Positions 15,905 through 25,835 of a stretch of DNA of 42,422 nt are shown piece by piece. The stretch is from Candidatus Methylomirabilia bacterium (lineage in GTDB: Bacteria > Methylomirabilota > Methylomirabilia > Rokubacteriales > CSP1-6). Positions within the stretch are counted from its first letter, which is position 1. Each line of letters starts with the position of its first letter. Location: contig JBGPXN010000020.1 in NCBI GenBank assembly GCA_041492755.1, forward strand, positions 1 to 42,422. The letters run 5' to 3'. The notes beneath the pieces are model-generated. The model worked only from the letters and a program-made list of their open reading frames with translations, was not told the origin of the DNA and ran no database searches. The translations under genes were made by a program, and so were the position numbers.

Positions 15905-18553
15905 TCACCGGCCGCCGTAGATCCGCTGGTACTCCTCCCACGACAGCATCACGCGCTTGACGTACTGGCGCGTCTCGTCGAACGGGATCATCTCGACCCA
16001 CGCCTCGACGTCGTCCGACCGGCGCTTGGACCACCACTCGCGGGCCCGGCGCGGGCCGGCGTTGTAGGCGGCGAGCGCGAGGCGCGGGTCGTTGAATTCC
16101 TTGAGCAGCCCGCCCAGGAACGAGGTGCCGAGCTGGATGTTGGCGCCCGGCTCGTCCAGCAAGTCGCCACCGCGGAACGGCAGGCCGCGGACCTCGGCCA
16201 TGGGCTGGGCCGTCGCCGGCATGAGCTGCATCAGCCCGCGCGCGCCCGCACGCGACACCGCGCGCGGGTAGTAGCTCGACTCCTCGCGCACCACCGCGGC
16301 GACCAGGAACGGATCGAGCCCCGCGCGCTCGGCGGCGGTGCGGACCTCGTCGCGCCAGCCGAAGGGGTAGAGCATCTCCCAGAAGGCGCGCGGCACCGTG
16401 GGATGGCCGCTGGCCGCCAGGGCGCCGAAGTGGCGGCGAAGAATGCGCAGCGCCATGTGATAGCGCTCGTCGCGGACGTAGGCGCCGGAAACGCCGTAGA
16501 GCCGGACGGGGTCGCCCACCGCGCGCTGCGCGACGTGCTCCAGCTCGAGCCAGCCGAACTCGACCAGGCCGATGCGTCGAAGCAATTCAGCGCGCGCAAA
16601 CCCGGGATCGTCGCCGACGGCGGCCCGCGGGTCGGATGGCAGCCGCAGCGTGGGCTCGGCCGGACGCTCCGGTGGGCTCGCCACCCGGCGCGCGGCGAGT
16701 ACGCCGTAGTAGCTGCGCGGCGCCTCGGTCAGCACCTTGCGGTAGAAGCGCTCGGCCGCCGCCACGTTCTGAAGCTTCTCGCGCATGCGCCCCGCCCAGT
16801 ACAGCGCGGCCACGCGGTGCCCGCGTCCGCCGGGGATCTCGCCGACGCGGATCCAGTGCTGCTCGGCGGCGCGCAGATCGTTCTTGCCGTGCGCGAGCCA
16901 GCCCAGTCGCCAGAGCGCGGTGCCGGCGACCTCGCGGTTGGGATAGCGGCCCGCGACCGCCCGGTACGCGCTCTCGGCCTGGGGCAACCGATCGAGCTCG
17001 TCCAGCGCGCGCGCCCGCTGATACGAGGCCTCGGCCGCTTCGGGCTCCGCGCCTTTCGTCTGGACTTCCGTGAACAGCGCGAGCGCGCGCTCCTTCTGGC
17101 CGGCGCGCAACAACACGCGGCCCTGCTCGAGCTGCAGGCCCGGGCGGCGGTCGGCGGGCGCCTGAGCGGCGGCGAGCTCGAGCGCGCGCGCCGCGACACC
17201 GTAGCGGCCCAGGCGCTGCGAGGCATCGGCGACCACCCGGAGCGCGCGCGCGCCGAGGCCCGGATCCCGCGTTTCCTTCGCCACGCGCTCGGCTTCCTCG
17301 GCCGCCGTCGTCGGCACGCCGCCGCGCAGCAGCCGCTCGGCGCGGTCCAGACGCTGGGTCAGCGAGAGCTCGGGCACATGGACACCCATGGCGCCGAGCG
17401 CTTCGAGCCGATCGGCGGCGCCGTCGGCCCAGCCCGAGGTGGGCGCGATCACCCTCAGCTCGCGGTAGGCGAGGGCGGCCGACTCGCGCTGGCCGCGCGC
17501 TTCCGCCGTCATCGCGAGCCGGTAGAGCGCGGCCGGCGCTTCGCTCGAGTCCGGATACGAATCGAGCAACCGGGCCAGGAGCGCCTGCGCGCCGGCGTCG
17601 TCACCCGCGCCGGCCGCCAGGGTGGCGGCCAGGGCGAGCGCGCCCGGCGCCAGCCGGCTGTCGGCGTGACGGTCGGCGACGGCGATCGCCTGGGCGCGCG
17701 CGGCCGCCACGTCGCCACGCCGGGCCAGCGCGTCGGCGAGGACCACGCGCGCGTAGTCACCGATAACGCTGTCGAGCGCCGCGGCCGCGCCGAACTCGGC
17801 GATGACAGGGCGCGGGTCGCCGTGCTGGAACGCGGCGACCGCCTGGGCCCACGCGGCGACGCGCTCGGGTGGGATGGCGACGACGGTCCGCGCTCCGGAG
17901 TCCGTCGTTCCACCGCGCTGGGCCGCGGCCGGCGCGACCGTCAGCAGCAGCGCGGCCACCACCGCCAGCGGCACGGCGGCATCCCGGATCGCGCGGCGGG
18001 TGAACGCGATGCGCTGCAGCGCGGTGACGTTGCTGAGGACGGCCAGCACCCAGAGGGCCGGCTCGAGCAGATCGAGGACGGCGCCCGCGATGAGACAGAT
18101 CATGCGCTCGGGGCGCTCCATGAATCCCACGTTACACGCGATCCCGATCGATTCGGCGCGGGCCTTGGTGTAGCTGACCATGACGCTGCCGACGAGGCCG
18201 GCCATCGCGACGATGGCGCCGCGTGCGTGGGGCGTCCGCGCGAAGAGCACGACGATGCCGAGCAGCACGACGATGTCGGAATACCGGTCGATCACGGAGT
18301 CGAGGAAGGCGCCGAACGGGGTGACCTGCCCGGACGCGCGCGCGAGCGAGCCGTCGAAGAAGTCGAACAGTCCGGCGACGAACAGCGCCAGGCCGGCCAG
18401 GACGGTGCGCCCCGCCACGAAGGCGCCGGCCGAGCCGAGGCTGACCACGAATCCGAAGAGGGTCAGATGGTTGGGACGCAGGTGGAGGCGGAAGAGAGCC
18501 CGGCCGATCGGATCCGTCCACACGCGGATCGTGTCGCGGTACCGGCTCAGCAT
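15905..18553 (-). CDS. CDP-alcohol phosphatidyltransferase fused to a TPR-containing soluble lytic transglycosylase
   Basis: CDP-AP signature DFFDGSLAR...GAFLDSVIDRYSD; TPR-like repeats; SLT motifs REES, GARGLMQLMP, AYNAG and ETRQYVKRV. No stop codon between the domains. Confidence 0.85.
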   Translation of the reverse strand: MLSRYRDTIRVWTDPIGRALFRLHLRPNHLTLFGFVVSLGSAGAFVAGRTVLAGLALFVAGLFDFFDGSLARASGQVTPFGAFLDSVIDRYSDIVVLLGIVVLFARTPHARGAIVAMAGLVGSVMVSYTKARAESIGIACNVGFMERPERMICLIAGAVLDLLEPALWVLAVLSNVTALQRIAFTRRAIRDAAVPLAVVAALLLTVAPAAAQRGGTTDSGARTVVAIPPERVAAWAQAVAAFQHGDPRPVIAEFGAAAALDSVIGDYARVVLADALARRGDVAAARAQAIAVADRHADSRLAPGALALAATLAAGAGDDAGAQALLARLLDSYPDSSEAPAALYRLAMTAEARGQRESAALAYRELRVIAPTSGWADGAADRLEALGAMGVHVPELSLTQRLDRAERLLRGGVPTTAAEEAERVAKETRDPGLGARALRVVADASQRLGRYGVAARALELAAAQAPADRRPGLQLEQGRVLLRAGQKERALALFTEVQTKGAEPEAAEASYQRARALDELDRLPQAESAYRAVAGRYPNREVAGTALWRLGWLAHGKNDLRAAEQHWIRVGEIPGGRGHRVAALYWAGRMREKLQNVAAAERFYRKVLTEAPRSYYGVLAARRVASPPERPAEPTLRLPSDPRAAVGDDPGFARAELLRRIGLVEFGWLELEHVAQRAVGDPVRLYGVSGAYVRDERYHMALRILRRHFGALAASGHPTVPRAFWEMLYPFGWRDEVRTAAERAGLDPFLVAAVVREESSYYPRAVSRAGARGLMQLMPATAQPMAEVRGLPFRGGDLLDEPGANIQLGTSFLGGLLKEFNDPRLALAAYNAGPRRAREWWSKRRSDDVEAWVEMIPFDETRQYVKRVMLSWEEYQRIYGGR

Positions 18554-18557
18554 CCGC

Positions 18558-21236
18558 TCACAGGGGTTGCCCGAGCGCGGTCTCGAGTGCGGTCCGGAGC
18601 TGCTCCATCGCCTCGGGGTCCTCAATCTTCCGCCCCTTGGCGTCCTGGACGTAGAAGCTGTCGAAGGCCTGGTCGATCTCGGTGGCGATGCGGGCGCTCG
18701 CGATGTCGAGCTCGAGCGAGGCCAGGGTGCGCGTGATGAGGTACAGCAGGCCGAGCCGGTCCGGGCTCTTCACCTCGACCACCGTGAACGCGTCCGACAG
18801 GTTGTTGTCGATGATGATCTTCGGCGGCGCTTCCAGCGGCCGGGCCGCCCGGCCCGACGCCCGCCGCCGGGCGAGCAGGTCCTCGACGCGCTGGTCCCCC
18901 CCGATCACCGCCTTCAACGCGTCGAGCGTCCGCGCCCACTGGGCGTGCGACGTGATCACCTCGCCGGTGGGATCGTTGACCTGCAGCGTGTCGATGGCGA
19001 TGCCGTCGCCCCGGGTGTGGATCTGCGCCGAGATGATGTTGATCCCGTTGGCCGCCAGCGTGCCCGCGATGAGCGAGAACAGTCCGGGCACGTCCCGGGT
19101 GACGACGACGAGGTCCGAGGATCCGAGATGCGGATGGTGGAAGAGCTCGGTCACCACCGGGCGCTCGTCGAGCTGCTGCAGCAGCCGCAGGTGCTCGGCC
19201 ATCCGCTGCACGCTGGTGGCCGCCACGTAGCGGTCGGCGGCCATGGCCAGGTGCGCCTTCACCGACTGCAGACTCATCTCGTCGCGGACCAACGCGTGCA
19301 GGCGCGGGGCGAGCTGGGCGCGGTTCGGCCGCGTGGCCTTGCCGCCGGTCAGATGCGCCATCGTCCGCGCGTACAGCTCGTGCAGGATGACCGCCTGCCA
19401 CGGCGTGAGCACGCCCGGTCCCACCGCGCGCATGTCGGCGTAGGTGAGCAGATAGAGCATGCGCAGCCGCGGGGGGTCCTGGGCGGCGGCCGCGAGGTCG
19501 GCGATCGTGCGTGGGTCGTCGATGTCGCGGCGCTGCGCGATGTGGGACATCGTCAGGTGATGGGCGACCAGGAACTCGACCATGGCGGCATCCGCGTCGG
19601 GCAGGCCCAGCCGCGTGGTGAGCGCCTTCACGAGCGGGATGCCCTGGGCCACGTGGCCGTGCCCCTTCGCCTTGCCGATGTCGTGCAGCAGCATCCCGAG
19701 CATCAGCAGCTCGGGCTTCTCCACCTCGCTGAAGACCTGCGCGGCCCCTTCCGACTCCGCCGACTGCCCGGGGGCGAGCGCCTCGAGGTGCTCGACGGCC
19801 AGCAGCGAATGCCGGTCGGCGGAGAACTTGTGGTAGACGTCGTACTGCACCAGGCAGGTGAGCGCGCCGAACTCCGGCAGATAGCGCCCGAGCAGCCCGA
19901 GCTCGTGCATCGCGGACAGCGTGACGGCCACCCGGCCCCAGTTCCGGCAGACGTCGAGGAAGAGCTCCAGCACCGCGGGTGATGTCTGGAATTCTTCGTC
20001 GACCAGGTCGAGCGACTCCTCGACCACGCGCTCGAGATCGAGCGACAGATCGCAGCCCAGCCGGTGCAGGTGCCAAAAGACCTTCATGAGCCTCGACGGC
20101 TCGGCGGCGAAGGGCGCGGGGCTGCGGTCGGCGCGGTGCAGCCGGCCGTCGATGAACACCAGCCCGTCGGCCAGCGCCTGCTGGCGCTCGCGCCGCTCGG
20201 CCGGGCCGCGGCGGGACAGCGTTTCCTGGCACCGCGCAATCAGCCGCCGTGACACCCGGTGAATGGCGCGCGCGTGCAGGTAGTACTCGCGCATGAACCG
20301 CTCGACGCCCAGGCTCACGCCCTCGTCGGCGTAGCCGAGGTTGCCCGCCACTTGAAGCTGCAGCGCGCGCGTGAGCACGTCGCTCTTGTGGCCGGCGATG
20401 AAGTGCAGCTCGGTGCGGACGCGCCAGAGGAAGGTGAGGGCGGCGTCGGTGAGCGCCTGCTCGCGCCGGGTGATGAGCCCGCGCTCGGCCAGCTCGCGGA
20501 GCGTGCGCGCACCGAACTTCGCTTCACCGAGCCACATCGCGGTGTGCATGTCGCGCAGCCCGCCCGCCGACTCCTTGATGTTCGGCTCGCCCATGTACGG
20601 CGAGGCGCCGTACTTGCGGTAGCGCTGTTCGCGCTCGGCCAGCATCGCTTTCAGGAACTGCTCGAAGTCGCGCCGATAGACGTTGTCCTTGAGCACCGTG
20701 CGGAAGCGCGCGAACAGCGCGCGGTCGCCCGCCACCAGGCGCGCCGCCTGCATCGACGTCCGGCTCGGCAGGTCGGTCCGGGCCATCGCCACGCAGTCCT
20801 CCAGCGAGCGCAGGCTGTGCCCGGTTTGCAGGCCCAGATCCCAGAGCGTGTAGAGCAACTCCTGAGTCACGCGCTGGACGGACGGTGAAAGCTCACCGTC
20901 GTAGACCACCATCAGGTCGATGTCGGAGGAGGGGTGCAGCTCGCCGCGACCGTAGCCGCCGAGGGCGGCGACGACGAACGGCGTGTCGGGCAACCCGCTG
21001 GCGCGGGCGTCTTCGACCACGAGGCGGGTCAGCGCGCGGATGACGGCGTCGATCAGGCGCGCGTGCGCGCGCACCGAGTCCCCCCCCGATGCGCCCTCGG
21101 CGTGCATGGACTTGAGGGATTCCTGCCCCTCGGCGAGGGCGGCACGGAGCAACTGAAGGCGGAGGCGCCGCCGGTCCTCGGGGCGTTCGGCCTTCGCCTC
21201 GGCACGCCGAGCCCGGCGGTACAGCTCGGGCGACAT
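18558..21236 (-). CDS. glnD: [Protein-PII] uridylyltransferase / uridylyl-removing enzyme
   Basis: LGGYGRGELHPSSDIDL, EPNIKESAGGLRD, HD motif LLHDIGK, and two ACT domains (DVPGLF, DRLGLL). Confidence 0.95.
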   Translation of the reverse strand: MSPELYRRARRAEAKAERPEDRRRLRLQLLRAALAEGQESLKSMHAEGASGGDSVRAHARLIDAVIRALTRLVVEDARASGLPDTPFVVAALGGYGRGELHPSSDIDLMVVYDGELSPSVQRVTQELLYTLWDLGLQTGHSLRSLEDCVAMARTDLPSRTSMQAARLVAGDRALFARFRTVLKDNVYRRDFEQFLKAMLAEREQRYRKYGASPYMGEPNIKESAGGLRDMHTAMWLGEAKFGARTLRELAERGLITRREQALTDAALTFLWRVRTELHFIAGHKSDVLTRALQLQVAGNLGYADEGVSLGVERFMREYYLHARAIHRVSRRLIARCQETLSRRGPAERRERQQALADGLVFIDGRLHRADRSPAPFAAEPSRLMKVFWHLHRLGCDLSLDLERVVEESLDLVDEEFQTSPAVLELFLDVCRNWGRVAVTLSAMHELGLLGRYLPEFGALTCLVQYDVYHKFSADRHSLLAVEHLEALAPGQSAESEGAAQVFSEVEKPELLMLGMLLHDIGKAKGHGHVAQGIPLVKALTTRLGLPDADAAMVEFLVAHHLTMSHIAQRRDIDDPRTIADLAAAAQDPPRLRMLYLLTYADMRAVGPGVLTPWQAVILHELYARTMAHLTGGKATRPNRAQLAPRLHALVRDEMSLQSVKAHLAMAADRYVAATSVQRMAEHLRLLQQLDERPVVTELFHHPHLGSSDLVVVTRDVPGLFSLIAGTLAANGINIISAQIHTRGDGIAIDTLQVNDPTGEVITSHAQWARTLDALKAVIGGDQRVEDLLARRRASGRAARPLEAPPKIIIDNNLSDAFTVVEVKSPDRLGLLYLITRTLASLELDIASARIATEIDQAFDSFYVQDAKGRKIEDPEAMEQLRTALETALGQPL

Positions 21237-21245
21237 GACGGGACG

Positions 21246-21274
21246 AGCCTACCGCCCGCGCCCAACGTTGTCAA
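21246..21274 (-). promoter_or_regulatory. Sigma70-type promoter for glnD (TTGACA-N17-TAGGCT)
   Basis: Perfect -35 at 21274-21269, 17-nt spacer, -10 at 21251-21246, ATG 9 nt downstream, no SD. Confidence 0.7.
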
Positions 21275-21411
21275 AAAACGGCCGGGTTGGCCTGGTGCGA
21301 GCCGCCGCGCTCGAAAACGGCCCTATCCGAACGACGATCGCCGCGCTCTGGAAACGCCCCCGCGGGGCGAAACACGGGCAGCCCCGGTGTGTGGTGTCTA
21401 CAATTGACCTC

Positions 21412-22497
21412 GTGCGACGGCTCTGGCGGCCCGTGCTCGATCGAGTTCAGCCGTACCAGGCCGGCGAGTCGCTCGAAGCGCTCGCCCGCGAGCTCGGGCT
21501 CCCCGACCTCATCCGACTGTCCGCCAACGAAAGCCCGCTCGGACCGTCCCCGCGCGTGATCGACGCCATCCGGCAGGAGGCCCCCCGCGCCCACCTCTAT
21601 CCCGACGGCGGCTCGACGGCGCTGCGCGAGGCGCTGGCGCGCGGGCTCGGTATCGGCGCCGGGCAGCTCGTCGTCGGCAACGGGGCCGACGAGCTGCTGA
21701 GCCTCGTGGCGTGGGCGGTGCTCGATCCCGGCGACGAGGTTGTCGTCCCGGAGCCGTCCTTCGAGCCCTACACGACGGTCACCGCGCTGGCCGGCGCCCG
21801 CATCGCCGTCAGTCCGCTGGCGAAATACGAGATCGACCTGGGTGACGTGCTCCGGCGGGTGAGCGCGCGCACGAAGATCGTCTTCGTCTGCTCGCCGCAC
21901 AATCCGGCCACCACCATCGTCCGCCGCGACGCGCTTCTCGCCCTGCTCGACGCGCTCGAGCCCGACGCTCCGCTCGTCGTCCTCGACGAGGCATATTGCG
22001 ATTTCGTCGACGATCCGGAGTATCCCAACGGCATCGAGCTCCTCGCCCGCTATCCACGGCTGCTGGTGCTGCGAACGTTCTCGAAGATCGCGGGCCTGGC
22101 CGGACTCCGCGTGGGCTACGCGGCCGGGAGCGCGGAGACGATCGATCGCCTCAACCGGGTGCGCGCGCCGTACAACGTGAACCGGCTCGGTCAGGTCGCG
22201 GCGCTCGCCGCCCTCGCCGACGCCGAGCATCTGGTCCGCACGCGGGAGTTCGTCCTCGCCGAGCGCGCGTTCCTCTCCGCCGAGCTAGGCCGGCGCGGCT
22301 TCGTGTTCCCGCCGTCGCAGGCAAACTTCCTGCTCGTCGAGGTGCCGCAGGCTCCCCGCGTACGCGAGCGCCTGCTTCGCGGCGGGCTCGTCGTGCGCGA
22401 CGGCGCCGATCTCGGCTTCCCCGGCCACCTGCGCATCGCGATCGGCACCCACGACGCCAACCAGCGCCTGCTGGCCATCCTGGACGCCGACTCCTAG
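21412..22497 (+). CDS. hisC: Histidinol-phosphate aminotransferase
   Basis: LSANESPLG, GNGADEL, DEAY and PLP-Lys motif RTFSKIAGLAGLRVGY. Start set at the GTG 7 nt after TACAAT (21399-21404). Confidence 0.9.
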   Translation: MRRLWRPVLDRVQPYQAGESLEALARELGLPDLIRLSANESPLGPSPRVIDAIRQEAPRAHLYPDGGSTALREALARGLGIGAGQLVVGNGADELLSLVAWAVLDPGDEVVVPEPSFEPYTTVTALAGARIAVSPLAKYEIDLGDVLRRVSARTKIVFVCSPHNPATTIVRRDALLALLDALEPDAPLVVLDEAYCDFVDDPEYPNGIELLARYPRLLVLRTFSKIAGLAGLRVGYAAGSAETIDRLNRVRAPYNVNRLGQVAALAALADAEHLVRTREFVLAERAFLSAELGRRGFVFPPSQANFLLVEVPQAPRVRERLLRGGLVVRDGADLGFPGHLRIAIGTHDANQRLLAILDADS

Positions 22498-22549
22498 CCG
22501 GCGGGCTCCTCGCTACTTCGACACGCTCCTGACGGCCGGACGCGACTAG

Positions 22550-22650
22550 TGACATGGGGGGCCCCGATATGGCCCCCCATACCCCCCAGCGCTCGGAAGC
22601 GCCCCGGGGCACCCGGGGCGCTCCTCGTTCTCGGTTACTCCGACAGGCTC
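22550..22650 (+). repeat. Family B hairpin repeat, copy 3
   Basis: Near-identical to 7333-7433, with CTAG on both sides (22546-22549, 22651-22654). A tail-like fragment GCTCCTCG...CGACACGCTCCT precedes it at about 22505-22530. Confidence 0.85.
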
Positions 22651-22995
22651 CTAGCGGGCGGGCGGGCGAGTGGCGGGCGCGGCGGGCTTGCGCGCAGGGC
22701 GGGCCGCGGCGAGCTCGCGCTCGACGTCTTGCAGCCGCAGCGCGAGCGCGTCGCGCTCGGCCGTGAGCGCGGCCATCTGCTGATCGCGCAGCTTGTCGCG
22801 GTGCTCCTGCTGAGCGAGCCGGGTCTGCAGCGCGGCCTCGCGCGCGTACAGGCCCTTCAGCTCGGCTTCCAGGCCAGCCACCCGGCGCTTCGCCGGCAGG
22901 TACGCGCCGAACATGATGTAGAGGAAGAGCGCGACGAGCAGGACGCTGCCGGCGACGAGCAGCCACGGGACACCGGGGCGGGCGCGATCAGTCAC
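22651..22995 (-). CDS. Single-TM coiled-coil hypothetical protein
   Basis: TM WLLVAGSVLLVALFLYIMFGAYL followed by a heptad-like helix. GTG lies 8 nt after TGcTAGAAT. Confidence 0.7.
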   Translation of the reverse strand: MTDRARPGVPWLLVAGSVLLVALFLYIMFGAYLPAKRRVAGLEAELKGLYAREAALQTRLAQQEHRDKLRDQQMAALTAERDALALRLQDVERELAAARPARKPAAPATRPPAR

Positions 22996-23097
22996 GGAAC
23001 ACGATTCTAGCAAATCACGCCGCCCGCGTGCCCGCGGCCGCGCGCGAATCTGCTATCATTCTGCTCGGGGCACATCACCCAGCGGTCGGGGAGGGCG

Positions 23098-23619
23098 GTG
23101 GAGCTCAAGAGCTTTTTCGAGCGAGCGATTCGCGCGAGCTTTCACGATCTCGCGATCCGGGACGATCCCGCGGCCCCGTATCTCGCTGACCTCTGTACCC
23201 GTTTCGCCCGTACCGAGAACCTCTACCCGCGCGGGGTGGCCCTGCCGCGCCTGGAGACCGTCATCGACATGCTGCTGGAGATCGGCCAGGCGTGGGACCC
23301 GGCCGGCGGCCACTTCGAGCCCGAGCACGAGATCGCCGTGCGGCGACACATCGGTGACTACACGCTGTTCATGACCGGCCTCTTCCGCGAGCGCGTGGAG
23401 CGGACGTCCGGCACGAGCTACTTCGTCAGCCAGGGCAAGCGCGCCTACCAGTTCGTGTCCGAGCACCAGCGAGCGACGGCGTCGGGGACGGCGCCACGGC
23501 CGCCATTCCGGCGGCTGGCCGAGCGCTTCGAGCACTACGCGGGCGCGCTCGACTATGCGCGGCGCGTGCACTTCCTCGACGGCCCGCAGCACCCGTTCTT
23601 CCGCCTTCGCTTCGAATGA
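23098..23619 (+). CDS. Hypothetical protein (RHIGDYTLFMTGLF motif)
   Basis: GGAGG SD, GC3-rich codons, ATGA overlap with the next gene, extended -10 TGcTATCAT at 23051-23059. Confidence 0.75.
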   Translation: MELKSFFERAIRASFHDLAIRDDPAAPYLADLCTRFARTENLYPRGVALPRLETVIDMLLEIGQAWDPAGGHFEPEHEIAVRRHIGDYTLFMTGLFRERVERTSGTSYFVSQGKRAYQFVSEHQRATASGTAPRPPFRRLAERFEHYAGALDYARRVHFLDGPQHPFFRLRFE

Positions 23620-24740
23620 CCGACCTTCGGTCCATCCTCGCCGCCGCGCGCGACCGTGGCGACGGCAGTGTCCGCCCCGACGAGGCGCGCACCCTCGCGA
23701 CGACCCCCGGCAAGGAGCTCGACGCGGCCCTGGCGGATTTCGCCAGCGAGCATGGCGCGGGCGCGCTCGCCGTGTTGACGACGCTGGCCACCCCGGGCCG
23801 CGAGCGCGCCGTCCGGCGCGCCGCCAAGCGCGCGCTGTACCGACTCGCCCAGCGCGGCATCTCGGCACCGGCCGCGCCGCCCCCGCGTCCGGTGGTGGAA
23901 CGGCAGACCGAGCGCGCCACCCGCGCCTGGCTGTCGGGCATCGATGGCAGCGGCTCGCGCGCGACGTGGATCCTCTTCGATGGCGGCTGGGACGGCCTCC
24001 GCCTCTGCTCGCTGATCGTCAACGACGTGGCCGGCATCGTGGACGTCGCGGGCGGCGAGATCACCAGGCGACGTCTCGATCGCGAGCTGGCGACGCTGCG
24101 CGCCACCCAGAAGCTGCCGTGGGTGGAAGTCGAGCCGGCGCGGGCGGTCGGGCTGGTGGCCGAGGCGCTCGCGCGGCACCAAGGGGCCGGGACGTCACCG
24201 CCCGCCGCGTTCGGACGCTGGCGACCGTTGTTCGCCTCGGCGTCTCCCGCCCCGGCCCCGACCCACTCCGGCGACGTCGATCCTGCGTTGCTCGAACGCT
24301 CCGCGACGTTGCTCGAGCGGCCAGAGCTCGCCGGATGGTTCATCGAGCCCGCCGCGGTGCAAACCGACGCCCTGGATCTGCTGCAGGCTCGCGAGAGCCG
24401 GCTCGTCGTGTCCGATCAGGTCAAGGCCGAGCGCGAGGACGCCATCGTCCAGAGGGTCATCGAGCGCGAGCTGACCCCGGACGCCCGAGGGCGGTGGGCG
24501 CGGCGATTGCTCGAGATGGCGCTCGTGTTCGACGCGGTCCCGGAGCCCGAGCCCGCCGCCCTGGCTCGGGCCGCCGCCGGCGCCCTGGCCGACGAGACCC
24601 GCGACGCGCGGTATCAGCCGTTCGTTCGTGCCCTGGTCGAGCGGGCGCTCGAAGTCGCCGGCGAAATCGCGCTCGGCCGTCTGTCACCGAGCCAAGCGAC
24701 GCGTCAGCCCGGCGCCGCCGGCCGCGCGGCGCCGGAGTGA
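23616..24740 (+). CDS. Hypothetical alpha-helical protein
   Basis: Translationally coupled on both sides (ATGA, GTGA); GC3-rich codons. Confidence 0.7.
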   Translation: MTDLRSILAAARDRGDGSVRPDEARTLATTPGKELDAALADFASEHGAGALAVLTTLATPGRERAVRRAAKRALYRLAQRGISAPAAPPPRPVVERQTERATRAWLSGIDGSGSRATWILFDGGWDGLRLCSLIVNDVAGIVDVAGGEITRRRLDRELATLRATQKLPWVEVEPARAVGLVAEALARHQGAGTSPPAAFGRWRPLFASASPAPAPTHSGDVDPALLERSATLLERPELAGWFIEPAAVQTDALDLLQARESRLVVSDQVKAEREDAIVQRVIERELTPDARGRWARRLLEMALVFDAVPEPEPAALARAAAGALADETRDARYQPFVRALVERALEVAGEIALGRLSPSQATRQPGAAGRAAPE

Positions 24741-25687
24741 TCACCGACGTTCCCGGCGTCCGCGTCGGCCACGCCACCGACGCACGCGGGCTCACCGGCG
24801 TGTCGGTCGTGCTCACCGATCGGCCGGCGATCTGCGGCGTCGAGCTGCGCGGCGGCGCCAACGACGTCGTCGGACTCGACTTCCTCGATCCCCGTCACGT
24901 CGTGCCCCACGTCGACGCGGTCGTCCTCGGCGGCGGCAGCCGATTCGGTGAAGAAACCATCGCGGGCGTGCTGGCCTACCTCCGAGATCGTGGCGTCGGG
25001 TTCCGCTTCGGATCGGGCGTGATCCCGCACGTCCCGGGCGCGTTCGTGTTCGACCTCGGTGTCGGCGACGCGCGCGCGCACCCGACGCGAGAGATGGGCT
25101 ACGAGGCGGCTGGCCGGGCCGAAGGCGGGCCGGTGGAGGAAGGCAGCGTGGGTGCCGGCACCGGCGCGACGGTGGGAAAGATCCACGGCATCGCGCGCGC
25201 CATGCGGGGCGGCATCGGCACCGCCAGCATCCGCCTCGGTGACGTCACCGTCGGCGCGCTCGTGGTGGTCAACGCGGTCGGCGACGTCCGCGACCCCGAC
25301 ACCGGCCGGCTCATCGCCGGCGCCCGCGACAGCGCCGAGGGCCGCCGGCTCGTCGATGCGGGAGCGGCGCTGGCCAGGGGCGCCGCCCCCGGCCGCTTCG
25401 GCGAGCCCGGCCACACCACGATCGGTGTCGTCGCCACCAACGCGCGCTTGACCAAGCCCGAGGCGGCCCGCGTCGCCAGCTTGGCCTTCCTCGGCTTCGC
25501 GCGCGCGCTTTCCCCACCCCACACGGCCTACGACGGCGATACGCTCTTCGCGCTCTCCGTGGGCGACGTGCCGGCCGACCTCACGCGGCTCGGGCTCGCC
25601 GCCGCCGACACCGTCGCCCACGCCATCGTCCGCGGCGTCCTGGCCGCGAGCCCGCTCCCCGGCCTGCCCTCCGCGCACGCGCTCTGA
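24737..25687 (+). CDS. Peptidase S58 / P1 (DmpA-like) family
   Basis: ITDVPGVRVGH, GSVGAGTGA, VVNAVGDV, TTIGVVATNA and DGDTLFA motifs. Confidence 0.9.
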   Translation: MITDVPGVRVGHATDARGLTGVSVVLTDRPAICGVELRGGANDVVGLDFLDPRHVVPHVDAVVLGGGSRFGEETIAGVLAYLRDRGVGFRFGSGVIPHVPGAFVFDLGVGDARAHPTREMGYEAAGRAEGGPVEEGSVGAGTGATVGKIHGIARAMRGGIGTASIRLGDVTVGALVVVNAVGDVRDPDTGRLIAGARDSAEGRRLVDAGAALARGAAPGRFGEPGHTTIGVVATNARLTKPEAARVASLAFLGFARALSPPHTAYDGDTLFALSVGDVPADLTRLGLAAADTVAHAIVRGVLAASPLPGLPSAHAL

Positions 25688-25707
25688 TCCCCGCCAGGGC
25701 CGCGGCC

Positions 25708-25833
25708 AGGTGCCACGGCTCCGCCGGGGCGTCCCGAGCGCCGGGGATGTCGAGGCGCGCCCCCGGGTTTCCCGGGGCGCGTCCGAGCGATGGGGGAGTA
25801 TGGGGGGCCATATCGGGGCCCCCCATGTACTCA
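25708..25833 (-). repeat. Family B hairpin repeat, copy 4 (duplicated module)
   Basis: Closely resembles 15742-15888; between convergent genes. Confidence 0.8.
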
Positions 25834-25835
25834 CT

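Noticed and set aside
15803..18736. Long alternative ORFs (15803-18736 +, 8883-11225 +, 18180-19982 +, 34001-36385 +, 38193-40940 +)
   Set aside because: They are antisense or off-frame shadows of genes with clear motifs, Arg/Gly/Ala-rich and motif-free, as expected at high GC.
22549..22766. Recurring MGGPDMAPHTPQRS / WGAPIWPP peptides in the ORF track
   Set aside because: These are translations of the family B repeat, not a protein family.
23555..25687. 710-aa ORF as a single protein
   Set aside because: Only the part from GTG 24737 is the S58 peptidase; the rest is an off-frame overlap of 23616-24740.
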